A stretch of DNA of 64,000 bases from Pseudohongiellaceae bacterium (GCA_965661005.1 CBFICB010000004.1:62879-126878), one strand, 5' to 3'. Shown: positions 20,073 to 30,234, counted from the first letter of the stretch. Numbers and translations are program-made. Notes: a model not told the origin generated them from the sequence alone.

Positions 20073-21458
20073 ATGTTTGAAACCTTAACAGAGAGATTAT
20101 CCGGGGCCTTAAAAAGCATTACCGGCAAAGCCAAGCTATCTGAAGACAATATTCAGGAAAGTTTACGAGAAGTTCGCCGCGCTTTACTTGAGGCGGATGT
20201 GGCTTTGCCTGTCGTAAAAGACTTTATCGACCAAGTTAAACAGCGTGCGATTGGGCAAGAAGTTAGTGCCAGTTTAAATCCAGGGCAAGCTTTTCTGAAA
20301 ATTGTACAGGCCGAGCTACAAGCCTTGATGGGAGATGCTAATGAGGCATTAAACCTGAAGGCGGTGCCGCCAGCCGTTATTTTAATGGCAGGATTGCAGG
20401 GTGCTGGTAAGACTACCTCTGTCGCCAAACTAGCACTGTGGCTAAAAAACAATCAGAAAAAATCAATTATGGTCGTCAGTGCGGATGTTTATCGCCCGGC
20501 CGCCATTAAACAGCTGGAGACCTTGGCTGAGGAAGTAGGAGTCGAATTCTTCCCTAGTGATGTTGGGCAAAAACCTGAAGATATTGTTAATAGTGCTTTA
20601 GCTGCTGCCAAGAAAAAATTTATAGATGTGTTGTTTGTGGATACAGCCGGTCGCTTGGCAATCGATGATGAAATGATGTCTGAAATCAAGACCTTGCATG
20701 CTGCCATCAATCCGACTGAAACGCTGTTTGTGGTGGATGCCATGACCGGTCAGGATGCGGCCAATACTGCCAAGGTTTTTAATGAGGCCTTACCCTTAAC
20801 AGGCGTTATTCTGACCAAAACTGATGGTGATGCCAGAGGTGGTGCAGCCTTATCAGTGCGGCATATCACTGGCAAGCCTATTAAATTTATGGGGATTGGT
20901 GAGAAAGTCGATGGTCTGGAAGCTTTTCATCCTGACCGGGTTGCCTCAAGAATTCTCGGCATGGGAGATGTCTTATCCCTGATTGAGGATGTAGAAAAGA
21001 AAGTCGATAAGCAAAAGGCTCAACGTCTGGCTCAGAAAATCAAACGCGGTAAGCGGTTTGATCTCGAAGATTTCAAAGAACAATTGCAACAAATGCAAAA
21101 TATGGGTGGCATAACCAATATGCTGGATAAAATGCCGGGCATGGGAGGCATGGCGCAAGCTGCTGCAGGCAAGGTGGACGATAAGATGTTTGCTCGCATG
21201 GAGGCGATTATAAACTCCATGACCATGCAGGAAAGGCGCAACCCTGATGTTCTGAATGGATCTCGCAAACGACGCATTACCCAGGGCTCTGGAACCAATA
21301 TTCAGGATTTAAACAGGCTCATCAAGCAACATAAGCAAATGCAACGTGTGATGAAGAAAATGAAAGGCGGAAAAATGGCCAACATGATGCGAGGTTTGGG
21401 TGGAATGAATAAGCCTGGCGGCATGCCTCCACCAGGTGGCGGTTTTCCGGGTAGATAA
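20073..21458 (+). CDS. ffh: signal recognition particle protein Ffh
   Basis: GLQGAGKTT, DTAGR and TKTDGDARGG GTPase motifs, plus a Met-rich M domain. Confidence 0.97.
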   Translation: MFETLTERLSGALKSITGKAKLSEDNIQESLREVRRALLEADVALPVVKDFIDQVKQRAIGQEVSASLNPGQAFLKIVQAELQALMGDANEALNLKAVPPAVILMAGLQGAGKTTSVAKLALWLKNNQKKSIMVVSADVYRPAAIKQLETLAEEVGVEFFPSDVGQKPEDIVNSALAAAKKKFIDVLFVDTAGRLAIDDEMMSEIKTLHAAINPTETLFVVDAMTGQDAANTAKVFNEALPLTGVILTKTDGDARGGAALSVRHITGKPIKFMGIGEKVDGLEAFHPDRVASRILGMGDVLSLIEDVEKKVDKQKAQRLAQKIKRGKRFDLEDFKEQLQQMQNMGGITNMLDKMPGMGGMAQAAAGKVDDKMFARMEAIINSMTMQERRNPDVLNGSRKRRITQGSGTNIQDLNRLIKQHKQMQRVMKKMKGGKMANMMRGLGGMNKPGGMPPPGGGFPGR

Positions 21459-21628
21459 AAGAATAATATTTTATGTGAAATCAGTGATTTAAGGTTCCAA
21501 TGCAGGTGCTTTTCCCTTAGAATACTCGCCTTTTTTCCGGTCAGGAAAGTCCTGGCTGGAAAACGCTCAGCATAAAGCTATTTATTTGTTGGGCAATAAT
21601 AGAATTTATCATTTAGGAACAATAACTT

Positions 21629-21886
21629 ATGTTAATGATCAGACTTTCTAGAGGCGGTGCCAAGAAACGTCCTTTTTATCATTTTACAGTTGCGGACAAG
21701 CGTAAAGCTCGTGATGGTCGCTTTGTAGAACGTATTGGTTTTTTCAATCCTGGTGCTAAAGGTCAGGAAGAACGCTTGCGTATTGACCTCGAGCGAGTGG
21801 AATATTGGAAAGGACAAGGTGCTCAGCTTAGCGACCGAGTTGCTAGTTTGTTAAAAGAAGCGGCAAAGGAAACAGCGGCAGCCTAA
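21629..21886 (+). CDS. rpsP: 30S ribosomal protein S16
   Basis: [21 protein letters not shown]-terminus. Confidence 0.95.
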   Translation: MLMIRLSRGGAKKRPFYHFTVADKRKARDGRFVERIGFFNPGAKGQEERLRIDLERVEYWKGQGAQLSDRVASLLKEAAKETAAA

Positions 21887-22420
21887 ATGAATGAGCAGCT
21901 CTTTGCTGATCATGTTCTGATTGCTCGTATCGGCGCTGCTCACGGAATCAAAGGCTGGGTAAAGTTAATATCTTATTCCAGCCCAAAAGCCAATATCCTC
22001 AATTATCAGAATTATTGGACGCTGCAAGCGGGCTCTTTAGTCAAGCTGGAAATAGATAATTGTAAGGCTCAAGGAAAGGGCTTTGTTGCCCATATCAAAG
22101 GGTGTGATGACAGGGATAAGACCCAAGAATTTACGGGAAAAGATTTATATATAAAAAAATCTTTTTTACCCCAACTGGATGACGATGAATATTATTGGTA
22201 CCAGTTATCCGGGTTAAGGGTGCAAACACTGAGTGGAGATGATCTTGGAGTAGTGGATCATCTGTTAGAAACTGGTGCAAATGACGTCTTGGTTGTTAAG
22301 GCTGATGAGCACAGTGTTGATGAAGAAGAACGATTAATTCCTTATCTGCTTGAGCAGGTAATTGACAGTATCGACCTAAGTCAAAAAATGATAAGGGTGA
22401 ACTGGGAAAAGGAATACTGA
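21887..22420 (+). CDS. rimM: ribosome maturation factor RimM
   Basis: 177 aa. GAAHGIKGWVKL motif and a PRC-barrel C-terminus. It sits in the rpsP-rimM-trmD-rplS order. Confidence 0.9.
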   Translation: MNEQLFADHVLIARIGAAHGIKGWVKLISYSSPKANILNYQNYWTLQAGSLVKLEIDNCKAQGKGFVAHIKGCDDRDKTQEFTGKDLYIKKSFLPQLDDDEYYWYQLSGLRVQTLSGDDLGVVDHLLETGANDVLVVKADEHSVDEEERLIPYLLEQVIDSIDLSQKMIRVNWEKEY

Positions 22421-22474
22421 AATATAGTATTAAAAATAACAGCACTTACTGCTGTTAGGGTATAGGGGAACGTG

Positions 22475-23260
22475 ATGAAAATAGCCATAGTCACTCTGTT
22501 CCCTGAAATGTTTACCGCGGTGACCGAATACGGTGTAACGGGTAGAGCTGTGAAGCACGGGCTGGTGCAAACACAGTGCTGGAATCCAAGAGATTTCACT
22601 CAGGATAAACATCGCACAGTAGATGACAGACCATATGGCGGTGGCCCCGGTATGCTGATGAAAACTGAGCCTGTAGTGGCGGCAATAAATGCGGCACGTA
22701 CAGCATTGTTAGATTCAGAATTGTCAGGGTCAGAATCAACAGGAAGCACGAATAAGAACAGCAGGCCTAAAGTATTGTGTCTAAGCCCTCAGGGTAAAAG
22801 ATTAAAGCAGAACGATATTGAGGGTTTGGCCAAAGAAAGTAGTTTGATTTTACTTTGTGGCCGTTACGAAGGTATAGATGAAAGGGTTATAGAAACCCAG
22901 GTAGATGAAGAATACTCATTAGGTGACTATGTCATTAGTGGGGGTGAATTGGCAGCGATGGTTTTGATGGATGCCATGATTCGTTTGCAACCGGAGGCGC
23001 TTGGCCATGAAGACTCAGCTTACGAGGATTCTTTTGCTGCTGGTTTGCTGGATTACCCGCACTATACCAGGCCAGAAGATTTTTCTGGCTATAAAGTGCC
23101 GGAGGTGCTGCTTAGTGGAGACCATGCCGCTATTGCGCGTTGGCGGTTAAAACAAAGTTTAGGCAGAACCTGGTTAAGAAGACCGGATTTGTTAAAAGAA
23201 ATAGAACTGGATGATGAACGAAAGACCTTACTGGAAGAGTTCATCAATGAACAAGGTTGA
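22475..23260 (+). CDS. trmD: tRNA (guanine37-N1)-methyltransferase TrmD
   Basis: [33 protein letters not shown] and HYTRPE motifs. The ATG at 22475 aligns with the E. coli N-terminus; the track ORF starts one codon earlier at a GTG. Confidence 0.95.
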   Translation: MKIAIVTLFPEMFTAVTEYGVTGRAVKHGLVQTQCWNPRDFTQDKHRTVDDRPYGGGPGMLMKTEPVVAAINAARTALLDSELSGSESTGSTNKNSRPKVLCLSPQGKRLKQNDIEGLAKESSLILLCGRYEGIDERVIETQVDEEYSLGDYVISGGELAAMVLMDAMIRLQPEALGHEDSAYEDSFAAGLLDYPHYTRPEDFSGYKVPEVLLSGDHAAIARWRLKQSLGRTWLRRPDLLKEIELDDERKTLLEEFINEQG

Positions 23261-23325
23261 TCAATATCGATAATTATCCATAGCAACTAAATAGTTTGGC
23301 TGGATAAGTAAACTGGAGTAAGAAG

Positions 23326-23703
23326 ATGAGTGGCAAGAACGCTATTATTCAAAAAATTGAGCAAGATCAGTTAAAAACTGATATCCCTGAATTCAGTCCT
23401 GGTGACTTAGTTGTTGTGCAGGTGCGAATTAAAGAAGGTGATCGTGAGCGTTTACAGGCTTTTGAAGGTGTTGTTATCGGCAAACGTAACCGTGGATTAA
23501 ATTCAGCTTTTACGGTTAGAAAAATGTCTCATGGTGTTGGCGTGGAAAGAACTTTTCAGGCCCATAGCCCTTTAATAGAAAGCATTGTCGTCAAACGACG
23601 TGGCGATGTTCGCCAAGCTAAGCTTTATTACTTGAGAGAGCTAACTGGACGAGCTGCGCGCATCTCTGAAAAACTGGATAAGAAAGCAGGGCAAGACGCT
23701 TAA
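23326..23703 (+). CDS. rplS: 50S ribosomal protein L19
   Basis: [29 protein letters not shown]... is typical L19. Confidence 0.95.
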   Translation: MSGKNAIIQKIEQDQLKTDIPEFSPGDLVVVQVRIKEGDRERLQAFEGVVIGKRNRGLNSAFTVRKMSHGVGVERTFQAHSPLIESIVVKRRGDVRQAKLYYLRELTGRAARISEKLDKKAGQDA

Positions 23704-23806
23704 TTGTTTAGGGAATTTTGCGTAGTCGCTTTGCGACTTGTTACAATGCCTGCAAACGTACTGGTCTGGATAGTTTAGAACCCAGATCATCTGAAAAGAG
23801 GCAAAC

Positions 23807-24595
23807 ATGTCGATTCATCTTTCTAAAATATTGTCTGGCAAAGTTGCGTCAATTGTTCTGTCGTTCCTGTTTGTTCCTCTTGTAGACCAAGCTCTAGCGC
23901 AAGGTGTGTCAAGCAGTCTGATCGATGATACTCCTGAAGTTGCTGCAATACGTTCAGTGTTGCTGCAAACCCAGCCCGGAATAGAAATTCAAAGTATCGC
24001 TCCTAGTCCTATTGATGGCCTATACGAAGTCAGAATTCAAAATGGCCAGGCTATCTTTGCCAGTGCCGATGCAGAATACTTTCTTCCCAGTGACCTTTAT
24101 CAGGCTACCTCTGACGGTTTTGTGAATCTGGGAGAAGGGCGTCGTAATGACATAAGACGTGATTTAATTGCAGCCGTAGATGAAGCTGATATGATCATTT
24201 ATCCTGCTGAAGGAGAATCTAGAGCGACGCTTACAGTTTTTACTGATGTTGATTGTCCTTACTGTCAGCGCCTGCATAGTGAAATTTCCAAACTCAATGA
24301 ATATGGTATTACCATTCGTTATCTGGCATTTCCCCGCAGCGGCTTGGATCAAGTCACCTACCCTAAAATGGTTTCGACCTGGTGCGCTGAAAATCGTAAT
24401 TTAATTTTCACAACGGTATCAAGAGGGGCTGCCATTCCTCAGCTTGAATGTGAAAACCCTGTTGCTGAACAATATCAATTGGGTAGGGAAGTCGGTGTAA
24501 CGGGTACACCGACTCTGGTGTTTGAAGATGGGTCTTCTGTACCAGGTTATGTGCCTGCTGATGATTTGGCAGCATTTTTATTCGAAGACGAATAA
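23807..24595 (+). CDS. dsbC: periplasmic thiol:disulfide interchange protein, DsbC/DsbG family
   Basis: Signal peptide, an N-terminal dimerisation domain and a thioredoxin fold with DVDCPYCQRLH. It lies upstream of hom-thrC, as in Pseudomonas-type synteny. Confidence 0.8.
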   Translation: MSIHLSKILSGKVASIVLSFLFVPLVDQALAQGVSSSLIDDTPEVAAIRSVLLQTQPGIEIQSIAPSPIDGLYEVRIQNGQAIFASADAEYFLPSDLYQATSDGFVNLGEGRRNDIRRDLIAAVDEADMIIYPAEGESRATLTVFTDVDCPYCQRLHSEISKLNEYGITIRYLAFPRSGLDQVTYPKMVSTWCAENRNLIFTTVSRGAAIPQLECENPVAEQYQLGREVGVTGTPTLVFEDGSSVPGYVPADDLAAFLFEDE

Positions 24596-24641
24596 GCCCT
24601 TTCCTTAATTAATTTAATTCAAAGGATTTCAGGAGATTAGC

Positions 24642-25964
24642 TTGCAACCAATCAATATTGGTATTTGTGGCTTGGGTACTGTTGGCTATGGCAGCTTCAA
24701 AGTGCTTGAGCGCAATCAAGAAGAAGTTTCTCGTCGCTTGGGGAGAGCTATACGTGTCTCGCATATTGCACTAAAGACTCTAAAGGACGGGCAAGATGTT
24801 GGTGAAGTAAGCATTACTAATGATGCTATGTCTGTTGCCTCAGACCCTGCTGTGGATATTATTCTGGAATTAATTGGCGGAACTGAATTTGCTTATGAAT
24901 TAGTACTTAAAGCCATTTCAAATGGTAAACATGTGGTCACGGCAAATAAGGCACTTATTGCAACTTATGGCAACGAAATCTTTAAAGCCGCTCGTGAAAA
25001 TAATGTTACCGTTGGTTATGAAGCGGCTGTTGCGGGTGGGATTCCAATCATAAAAGTAGTAAGAGAGGGCTTGACGGCCAATAAAATTAATTGGCTCGCT
25101 GGAATTATCAACGGAACCGGTAATTACATTTTGACTGAAATGCAGTCAAAGTCTCGACCTTTTGCAGATGTTTTGAAAGAAGCTCAAGAATTAGGCTATG
25201 CCGAAGCCGACCCTACTTATGATGTCGAAGGAATTGATGCCGCTCATAAATTGACTATTCTTTCCGCGCTGGCATTTGGAACACCACTGCATCTTGAAAA
25301 AGCCTATACCGAAGGTATCAGCGAGATAACACCTGAAGACCTGAAATATGCTGGAGAACTAGGTTATCGGATTAAACATTTAGGGATTAGCAGCATCTCA
25401 GAACAGGGTATCGATCTACGAGTGCATCCAACATTAATAGCCAAGCAGGCTTTGATTGCAAAAGTTGATGGCGTTATGAACGCAGTATTAATGCATGGTG
25501 ATGCTGTGGGCTCAACGCTTTACTATGGCGCTGGAGCAGGTGCTGAACCTACAGCATCGGCAGTACTTGCAGATGTGATTGATATTGCCAGACGCATGGA
25601 ATGCATGCAAAAAGGGCAAGAGCAGATACCGGCTTTAGGCTTTCAGGCAGAAGCGATTAAAGAAACCAGGATATTGCCGATTGAAGAAATTATCTGTGCC
25701 TACTATTTGCGAATTTTGGTGCAGGATAAAGTTGGTGTGATTGCTGATATTACTGAAATATTGGGTGAGAACGGCATTAGTATTGATGCGATGATACAGA
25801 AAGATCCTGATAAATCTGGCCAGGACCATAATGCAATTTCCGTGATTATAATGACTCATGAGATTCAGGAATCTGTTATGAATAAAGCAATCACTGAACT
25901 GGAGGCTCTCGATGCGGTGACTGCTAAAATCACGCGAATTCGAGTGGCTGAGTTAGACGAATAA
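24642..25964 (+). CDS. hom: homoserine dehydrogenase
   Basis: TTG start with AGGAG upstream. GICGLGTVG Rossmann motif, a catalytic domain and a C-terminal ACT domain. Confidence 0.93.
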   Translation: MQPINIGICGLGTVGYGSFKVLERNQEEVSRRLGRAIRVSHIALKTLKDGQDVGEVSITNDAMSVASDPAVDIILELIGGTEFAYELVLKAISNGKHVVTANKALIATYGNEIFKAARENNVTVGYEAAVAGGIPIIKVVREGLTANKINWLAGIINGTGNYILTEMQSKSRPFADVLKEAQELGYAEADPTYDVEGIDAAHKLTILSALAFGTPLHLEKAYTEGISEITPEDLKYAGELGYRIKHLGISSISEQGIDLRVHPTLIAKQALIAKVDGVMNAVLMHGDAVGSTLYYGAGAGAEPTASAVLADVIDIARRMECMQKGQEQIPALGFQAEAIKETRILPIEEIICAYYLRILVQDKVGVIADITEILGENGISIDAMIQKDPDKSGQDHNAISVIIMTHEIQESVMNKAITELEALDAVTAKITRIRVAELDE

Positions 25965-26013
25965 GCTTTATCTTTATCCAGTTAGAAATAGTCGAAAATC
26001 TAGAAAAAATAAA

Positions 26014-27402
26014 ATGAAATATATAAGCACTCGCGGGCAATGCGAACCACAGAGTTTTGAGGAAGTTGTTCTAACTGGCTTGGCGCCAGATGGAGGACTG
26101 TTTATTCCTGATACAGTTCCTCAGCTTAGCCATGAGCAAATTTTAAGCTGGAAAAACCTCAGTTATGCTGATCTTGCCTATGAAGTAATTCGTCTATATG
26201 TCGATGGGGCAATAGAGGATGAGGTGCTAAAACAGATGGTGGCAGAAACCTATGCCGAATTTGATCATTCAGAAGTGGCACCATTACATGCCTTAAACAA
26301 TAACGAGTGGGTGTTGGAATTATTTCATGGGCCGACATTGGCTTTTAAAGATTTTGCCTTGCAATTGCTTGGTCGCTTACTGGATTATTTTTTACAAAAA
26401 CGTCAGCAGCATGTTGCCATCTTAGGCGCGACCTCTGGCGATACGGGTTCTGCTGCTTTGGAAGGTTGCAAGCATTCAGAATTTGTCGATATTTTCATAT
26501 TACATCCACATAACAGAGTGTCCGAAGTCCAACGTAAGCAAATGACGACGGTCCTTGGCGATAATGTTCATAACATAGCAATTGCCGGTAATTTTGACGA
26601 TTGCCAGCAAATTGTGAAACAGGCATTTTCAGATCAAAGCTTTTTGCCGGATGGTTATCAGCTAGTCGCAGTAAATTCTATAAACTGGGCAAGAATCATG
26701 GCGCAGATTGTGTATTATTTTTATGCTGCCTTGAAATTTATTGATCACAATGAGACGGTTTCTTTTTCTGTGCCTACTGGAAATTTTGGTGACATTTACG
26801 CTGGTTATCTGGCTAAAAAGATGGGCTTACCAATTAAACAGCTAATCATTGCCACTAATAAAAACGATATCCTTCATCGCTTTATCAGTAAGAATCAGTA
26901 CAACTTAAGTGGTCTGGAAGCTAGTCTTTCTCCAAGTATGGACATCATGGTGTCAAGTAATTTTGAGCGATTTCTTTTTGATATGTTTAAGGGCGATGCT
27001 GAAAAAGTCACCAACTTTGTTACTGGTTTAAGCAGCGATATAGAGAAAGTTTCTAAAGACGAGTGGGAGTTTGCCAAAGCTATTTTTGATTCTGCAAGCG
27101 TTGATGATGAAACAACCTGCTCAGTGATTAGAGAGGTTTTTGACAGCCAGGGGTATTTACTCGACCCACATACTGCTATTGGCCTTAAAGCCGCACAGCT
27201 TTGCAAGAACGACGATGTAACACCAATGATAGCCTTGGCTACAGCGCATCCGGTTAAGTTTTCCGAGGCCATCACCAAAGCAGGTTTGGCAATGCCAGCT
27301 TTGCCTCAGCACTTGAGTGATTTATTAGAGCGTGAGGAAAATTACGCCGTTATGCCAAATGCACTCTCAGAAGTTGAAAGCTACATTAAGCAAAGCTTGT
27401 AA
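26014..27402 (+). CDS. thrC: threonine synthase
   Basis: MKYISTRG N-terminus and FHGPTLAFKDFA containing the PLP lysine. 462 aa. Confidence 0.95.
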   Translation: MKYISTRGQCEPQSFEEVVLTGLAPDGGLFIPDTVPQLSHEQILSWKNLSYADLAYEVIRLYVDGAIEDEVLKQMVAETYAEFDHSEVAPLHALNNNEWVLELFHGPTLAFKDFALQLLGRLLDYFLQKRQQHVAILGATSGDTGSAALEGCKHSEFVDIFILHPHNRVSEVQRKQMTTVLGDNVHNIAIAGNFDDCQQIVKQAFSDQSFLPDGYQLVAVNSINWARIMAQIVYYFYAALKFIDHNETVSFSVPTGNFGDIYAGYLAKKMGLPIKQLIIATNKNDILHRFISKNQYNLSGLEASLSPSMDIMVSSNFERFLFDMFKGDAEKVTNFVTGLSSDIEKVSKDEWEFAKAIFDSASVDDETTCSVIREVFDSQGYLLDPHTAIGLKAAQLCKNDDVTPMIALATAHPVKFSEAITKAGLAMPALPQHLSDLLEREENYAVMPNALSEVESYIKQSL

Positions 27403-27433
27403 AAGATTTTAAGAGTATAGAAGGATAAAACTA

Positions 27434-27472
27434 AAACGGCTCTCTTAAAAACCTCCAGAAAGCCGTTTTTGG
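27434..27472 (+). terminator. possible terminator after thrC
   Basis: AAACGGCT ... AGCCGTTT stem with a roughly 19-nt loop followed by TTTTT. The large loop lowers confidence. Confidence 0.4.
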
Positions 27473-27508
27473 TTTGCTGATTAATATAAAAACAGCTTAA
27501 GGGTTTGT

Positions 27509-28303
27509 TTACCAACCTGGGTTAGTGACAAAACAGTCCTGAGGATTCCATTTAGAATCATCAGTTTCTTTTTTAAAGTTTCTGCTAACCACATAAGGTT
27601 GATTCAGATAAACCGGGTCATCAACAATGACAACATCAATCAGCCATGTGCTGCCATCAGCAATCTCGATCACATCAAAATACTCGGTGACCGTCGTCTG
27701 GTCACTGTGAGGAATTCCGTTTTTGCGTAAGTAACCGGGTATAAGGTTTGTTGTAAATGCTTCCATGGAGCTAGGTGGTTGGTTAACCATGTTCATTCCT
27801 AGACCAAATTGTCTAGGGCTTGGGTCAGATGGGCCAGCCCATCTGGCAATTGTGTGTCCTTGTCTTGAAGGCGAACCAGTGGGCTCTGAATCATCAAAAT
27901 GAAAGTATCGGGTTTGCATGCCGGAATCGATTTCCATTTTTAAAGTAAGATCATCCTCCCAGCTGATTCTTAATCGTGAAGGCTCACTCATGATGGCTGC
28001 AGCGCCGTAGGCTCTGCATTCGTTGCCTTCATCCATTTCGGGGCGCCAGGCCATGGCGATCTCTTTTGCGGCCTGGTTTTCCGGAATGCTGGAGGTATCA
28101 CCAATTAGAGGTGTAACCATGCGTGTTGGCCAGTCTTCTGTAATGATAGAAACCCATGTGCCGGTCAAATCTATAGGGGCGCTTTCTCTTCCCTGAATAA
28201 CGTCCGGTCCTTGTGGTATTGGTATGAATTGCGCAGTAGTTATGCTATTCAGGCCAAATAAAGTGATTGATAGTATGCAAATGCGTTGTATAAAAGTCTT
28301 CAT
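27509..28303 (-). CDS. secreted protein of unknown function (264 aa), paralogue of the 29341-30234 protein and of the C-terminal domain of the 9720-10772 protein
   Basis: Signal peptide (...NSITTA-QF). Shared motifs DLTGTW..I.ED, IPGYLRKNGIPHSDQTTVTEYF and VDDPVYLNQPY. It starts 11 nt after the upstream MBL gene. Confidence 0.8.
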   Translation of the reverse strand: MKTFIQRICILSITLFGLNSITTAQFIPIPQGPDVIQGRESAPIDLTGTWVSIITEDWPTRMVTPLIGDTSSIPENQAAKEIAMAWRPEMDEGNECRAYGAAAIMSEPSRLRISWEDDLTLKMEIDSGMQTRYFHFDDSEPTGSPSRQGHTIARWAGPSDPSPRQFGLGMNMVNQPPSSMEAFTTNLIPGYLRKNGIPHSDQTTVTEYFDVIEIADGSTWLIDVVIVDDPVYLNQPYVVSRNFKKETDDSKWNPQDCFVTNPGW

Positions 28304-28314
28304 GGTGGAGGTCC

Positions 28315-29298
28315 TTATTCTTGAGTCAGGCTTTGATAAATAGCCGTGATGAATTCTTCATTGCTGGGGCCGCCGCGATGACCGCCATATTCCGTGTCGT
28401 AATCGAAGCTTGGATCTGCCGCCAGCACTTGTCGGAGGCTCATGTTTCTATCGATCATGTCTTGAATGCGATCTCTAATTATATAAATCATATTACGGTA
28501 TTCGACGATATCAATTTCGTCTCCGATGCGACCATGTCCTGGTACTACATAGGTCCCAGCTTCAGCGAAGGGCCCTGGTACCATTAATTCAAGCATGAAA
28601 TTCAGAGCATCGATTAGACCATTGACACTGCCGCCGCGCTCAATATCAATATCAGGGTATTGACCAGGGATGTATATATCGCCAGTGCTGATAACATCCG
28701 AGCTTCTGAAATAAACGATACTGTCACCGTCGGTATGAGCATTTGGCATGTGGTATATGATGATACCTTCGCCATTGGCATAAAAATCTTTAGTCTCTGT
28801 GAAGTAGGTTGTCGTCAGGTTAAGGCTAGGGATGTCATGCTCGGTTAAATAAAAACGATTTAACATGTTTTCATGGCCGATTATGGTAACTCCGCCTGCA
28901 GCGCCTCCGGCAACTACAGCACTTGGTCGAGGAGGGCCGAAAGAAAATAAGCCAATGCCAGCTTCGTCTCCCATCGTGCTAATAATGTCATTACCAGAAA
29001 CATGTTGAAAATCCAGTCCAGTGTTAACAATATATCTGGCAGGTCTATCAGAAATCTCGCCAATTAAAGCCATCATTTCAGGGATAAGCTCAGGTGCGGG
29101 GCTATCAACAAAGACTAGAGATTCTTCACCAATCTGAACGGTGACATTCACATTCGCTCCTGAGAGCATGTAAACATTTCCCTGTACATGAAGTAGTTGC
29201 AGATTTTGAGCATGTAAGGCTGAAGAGAAAAGCAGCAAAAGGGCTAAAGGTAAGACCCGAATACTTTTGTATTTAGTAAAAATCTTTTGTACTAACAT
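28315..29298 (-). CDS. secreted metallo-beta-lactamase-fold protein with a degenerate HxHxDH motif
   Basis: Signal peptide (...SSALHA-QN). MBL-like blocks NTGLDFQHVSGN (in place of NTHxHxDHxGGN), HMPNAHTDGDS, TGD and VPGHG. Confidence 0.8.
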   Translation of the reverse strand: MLVQKIFTKYKSIRVLPLALLLLFSSALHAQNLQLLHVQGNVYMLSGANVNVTVQIGEESLVFVDSPAPELIPEMMALIGEISDRPARYIVNTGLDFQHVSGNDIISTMGDEAGIGLFSFGPPRPSAVVAGGAAGGVTIIGHENMLNRFYLTEHDIPSLNLTTTYFTETKDFYANGEGIIIYHMPNAHTDGDSIVYFRSSDVISTGDIYIPGQYPDIDIERGGSVNGLIDALNFMLELMVPGPFAEAGTYVVPGHGRIGDEIDIVEYRNMIYIIRDRIQDMIDRNMSLRQVLAADPSFDYDTEYGGHRGGPSNEEFITAIYQSLTQE

Positions 29299-29340
29299 TG
29301 ATTTACTCCAATGTGTAAAAACAGGTTCAAGGGGGCTAGG

Positions 29341-30234
29341 CTAGGCATCGCAATCTTCATGACTACAAAATTCATTCTCGCCTAGCAGAGGGCCCATTTC
29401 TTCACGAAACTCAGGATACAAAGTTTCAGCCCCGCCGCTGACGCCTGACATCGGTAGATGATAGATTTCAGCAAACTCTTCCAGATAAGGATTCTGATTG
29501 GGCAGATAATTAGGCACTAGATTGTCTGGATTAATAGGGACTTCAATAGTGTATTCACAATTATTAAAGCCGCCACGACGCAAGGGGTCTAGCACAAAAT
29601 CCTGGCTGCGCACCAAAGGCTCTGTTAAAAATACTGGATCATTGATGACAGTGATTACAGTCAGGTATTTTCCGCCATGTAAAAGCCAGTGTTCTGTGAA
29701 AGTACGCTCACTGCTAGCCGGTAAGCCATTTCTTCTCAAATAGCTTTGTTTCAGGTGGGTGGTAGTGATCGTCAGCATGTTGCCTTCAAAGACGCCTGTA
29801 GAGAAGCCTTGAAAAGTATGAGGCGCATCAGCTGGTGGGTGATCGCGACCATCTAGCCAAATTGTACGTTGCATATTGTGAAAGCCCATTCTGGTTTTGA
29901 ATGCGACTGCTTGCTGTGTACGTTCGTCAATTTCTCGTAAAATTCGTAAGTCTGCTAAGCCTCTCATGGCATAATCGCCACCATGTTGACGGCAAATATA
30001 TTCTGTCACGACTGAAATTCGATTAGGGTCATAGCTATGGCCACGCATGAGGGCAGCATCATTAATTGGGATGCCTGAAAAATCACCAAAGGCCGGACCG
30101 GGCAGGCGTTCAATAGCGTCTTCATGAAAGATAGGGCGCCATTCACCAGAAAAGTCGACCTGTTGAGCTGAGGCAAAAGTGCTAAGAAAAATGGAAATGA
30201 TTGCTAGCAGTTTTAGCAGAGTAATACTTTTCAT
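29341..30234 (-). CDS. secreted protein of unknown function (297 aa), paralogue family member
   Basis: Signal peptide (...TFASA-QQ). Motifs DFSGEW..I.ED, RTIWLDGRDHP, GFSTGVFEGNMLTITT, YLRRNGLPASSERTFTEHW and INDPVFLTEP. Confidence 0.8.
   Translation of the reverse strand: MKSITLLKLLAIISIFLSTFASAQQVDFSGEWRPIFHEDAIERLPGPAFGDFSGIPINDAALMRGHSYDPNRISVVTEYICRQHGGDYAMRGLADLRILREIDERTQQAVAFKTRMGFHNMQRTIWLDGRDHPPADAPHTFQGFSTGVFEGNMLTITTTHLKQSYLRRNGLPASSERTFTEHWLLHGGKYLTVITVINDPVFLTEPLVRSQDFVLDPLRRGGFNNCEYTIEVPINPDNLVPNYLPNQNPYLEEFAEIYHLPMSGVSGGAETLYPEFREEMGPLLGENEFCSHEDCDA

Noticed and set aside
21537-21559. Hairpin CCGGUCAGG-AAAGU-CCUGGCUGG (with G-U pairs) just downstream of a TAGAAT -10-like element in the ffh-rpsP spacer.
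   Set aside because: It is plausibly a 5'-leader stem of the rpsP operon mRNA. However, it is short, needs wobble pairs, and I know of no defined regulatory RNA class here. It is ordinary leader structure until shown otherwise.
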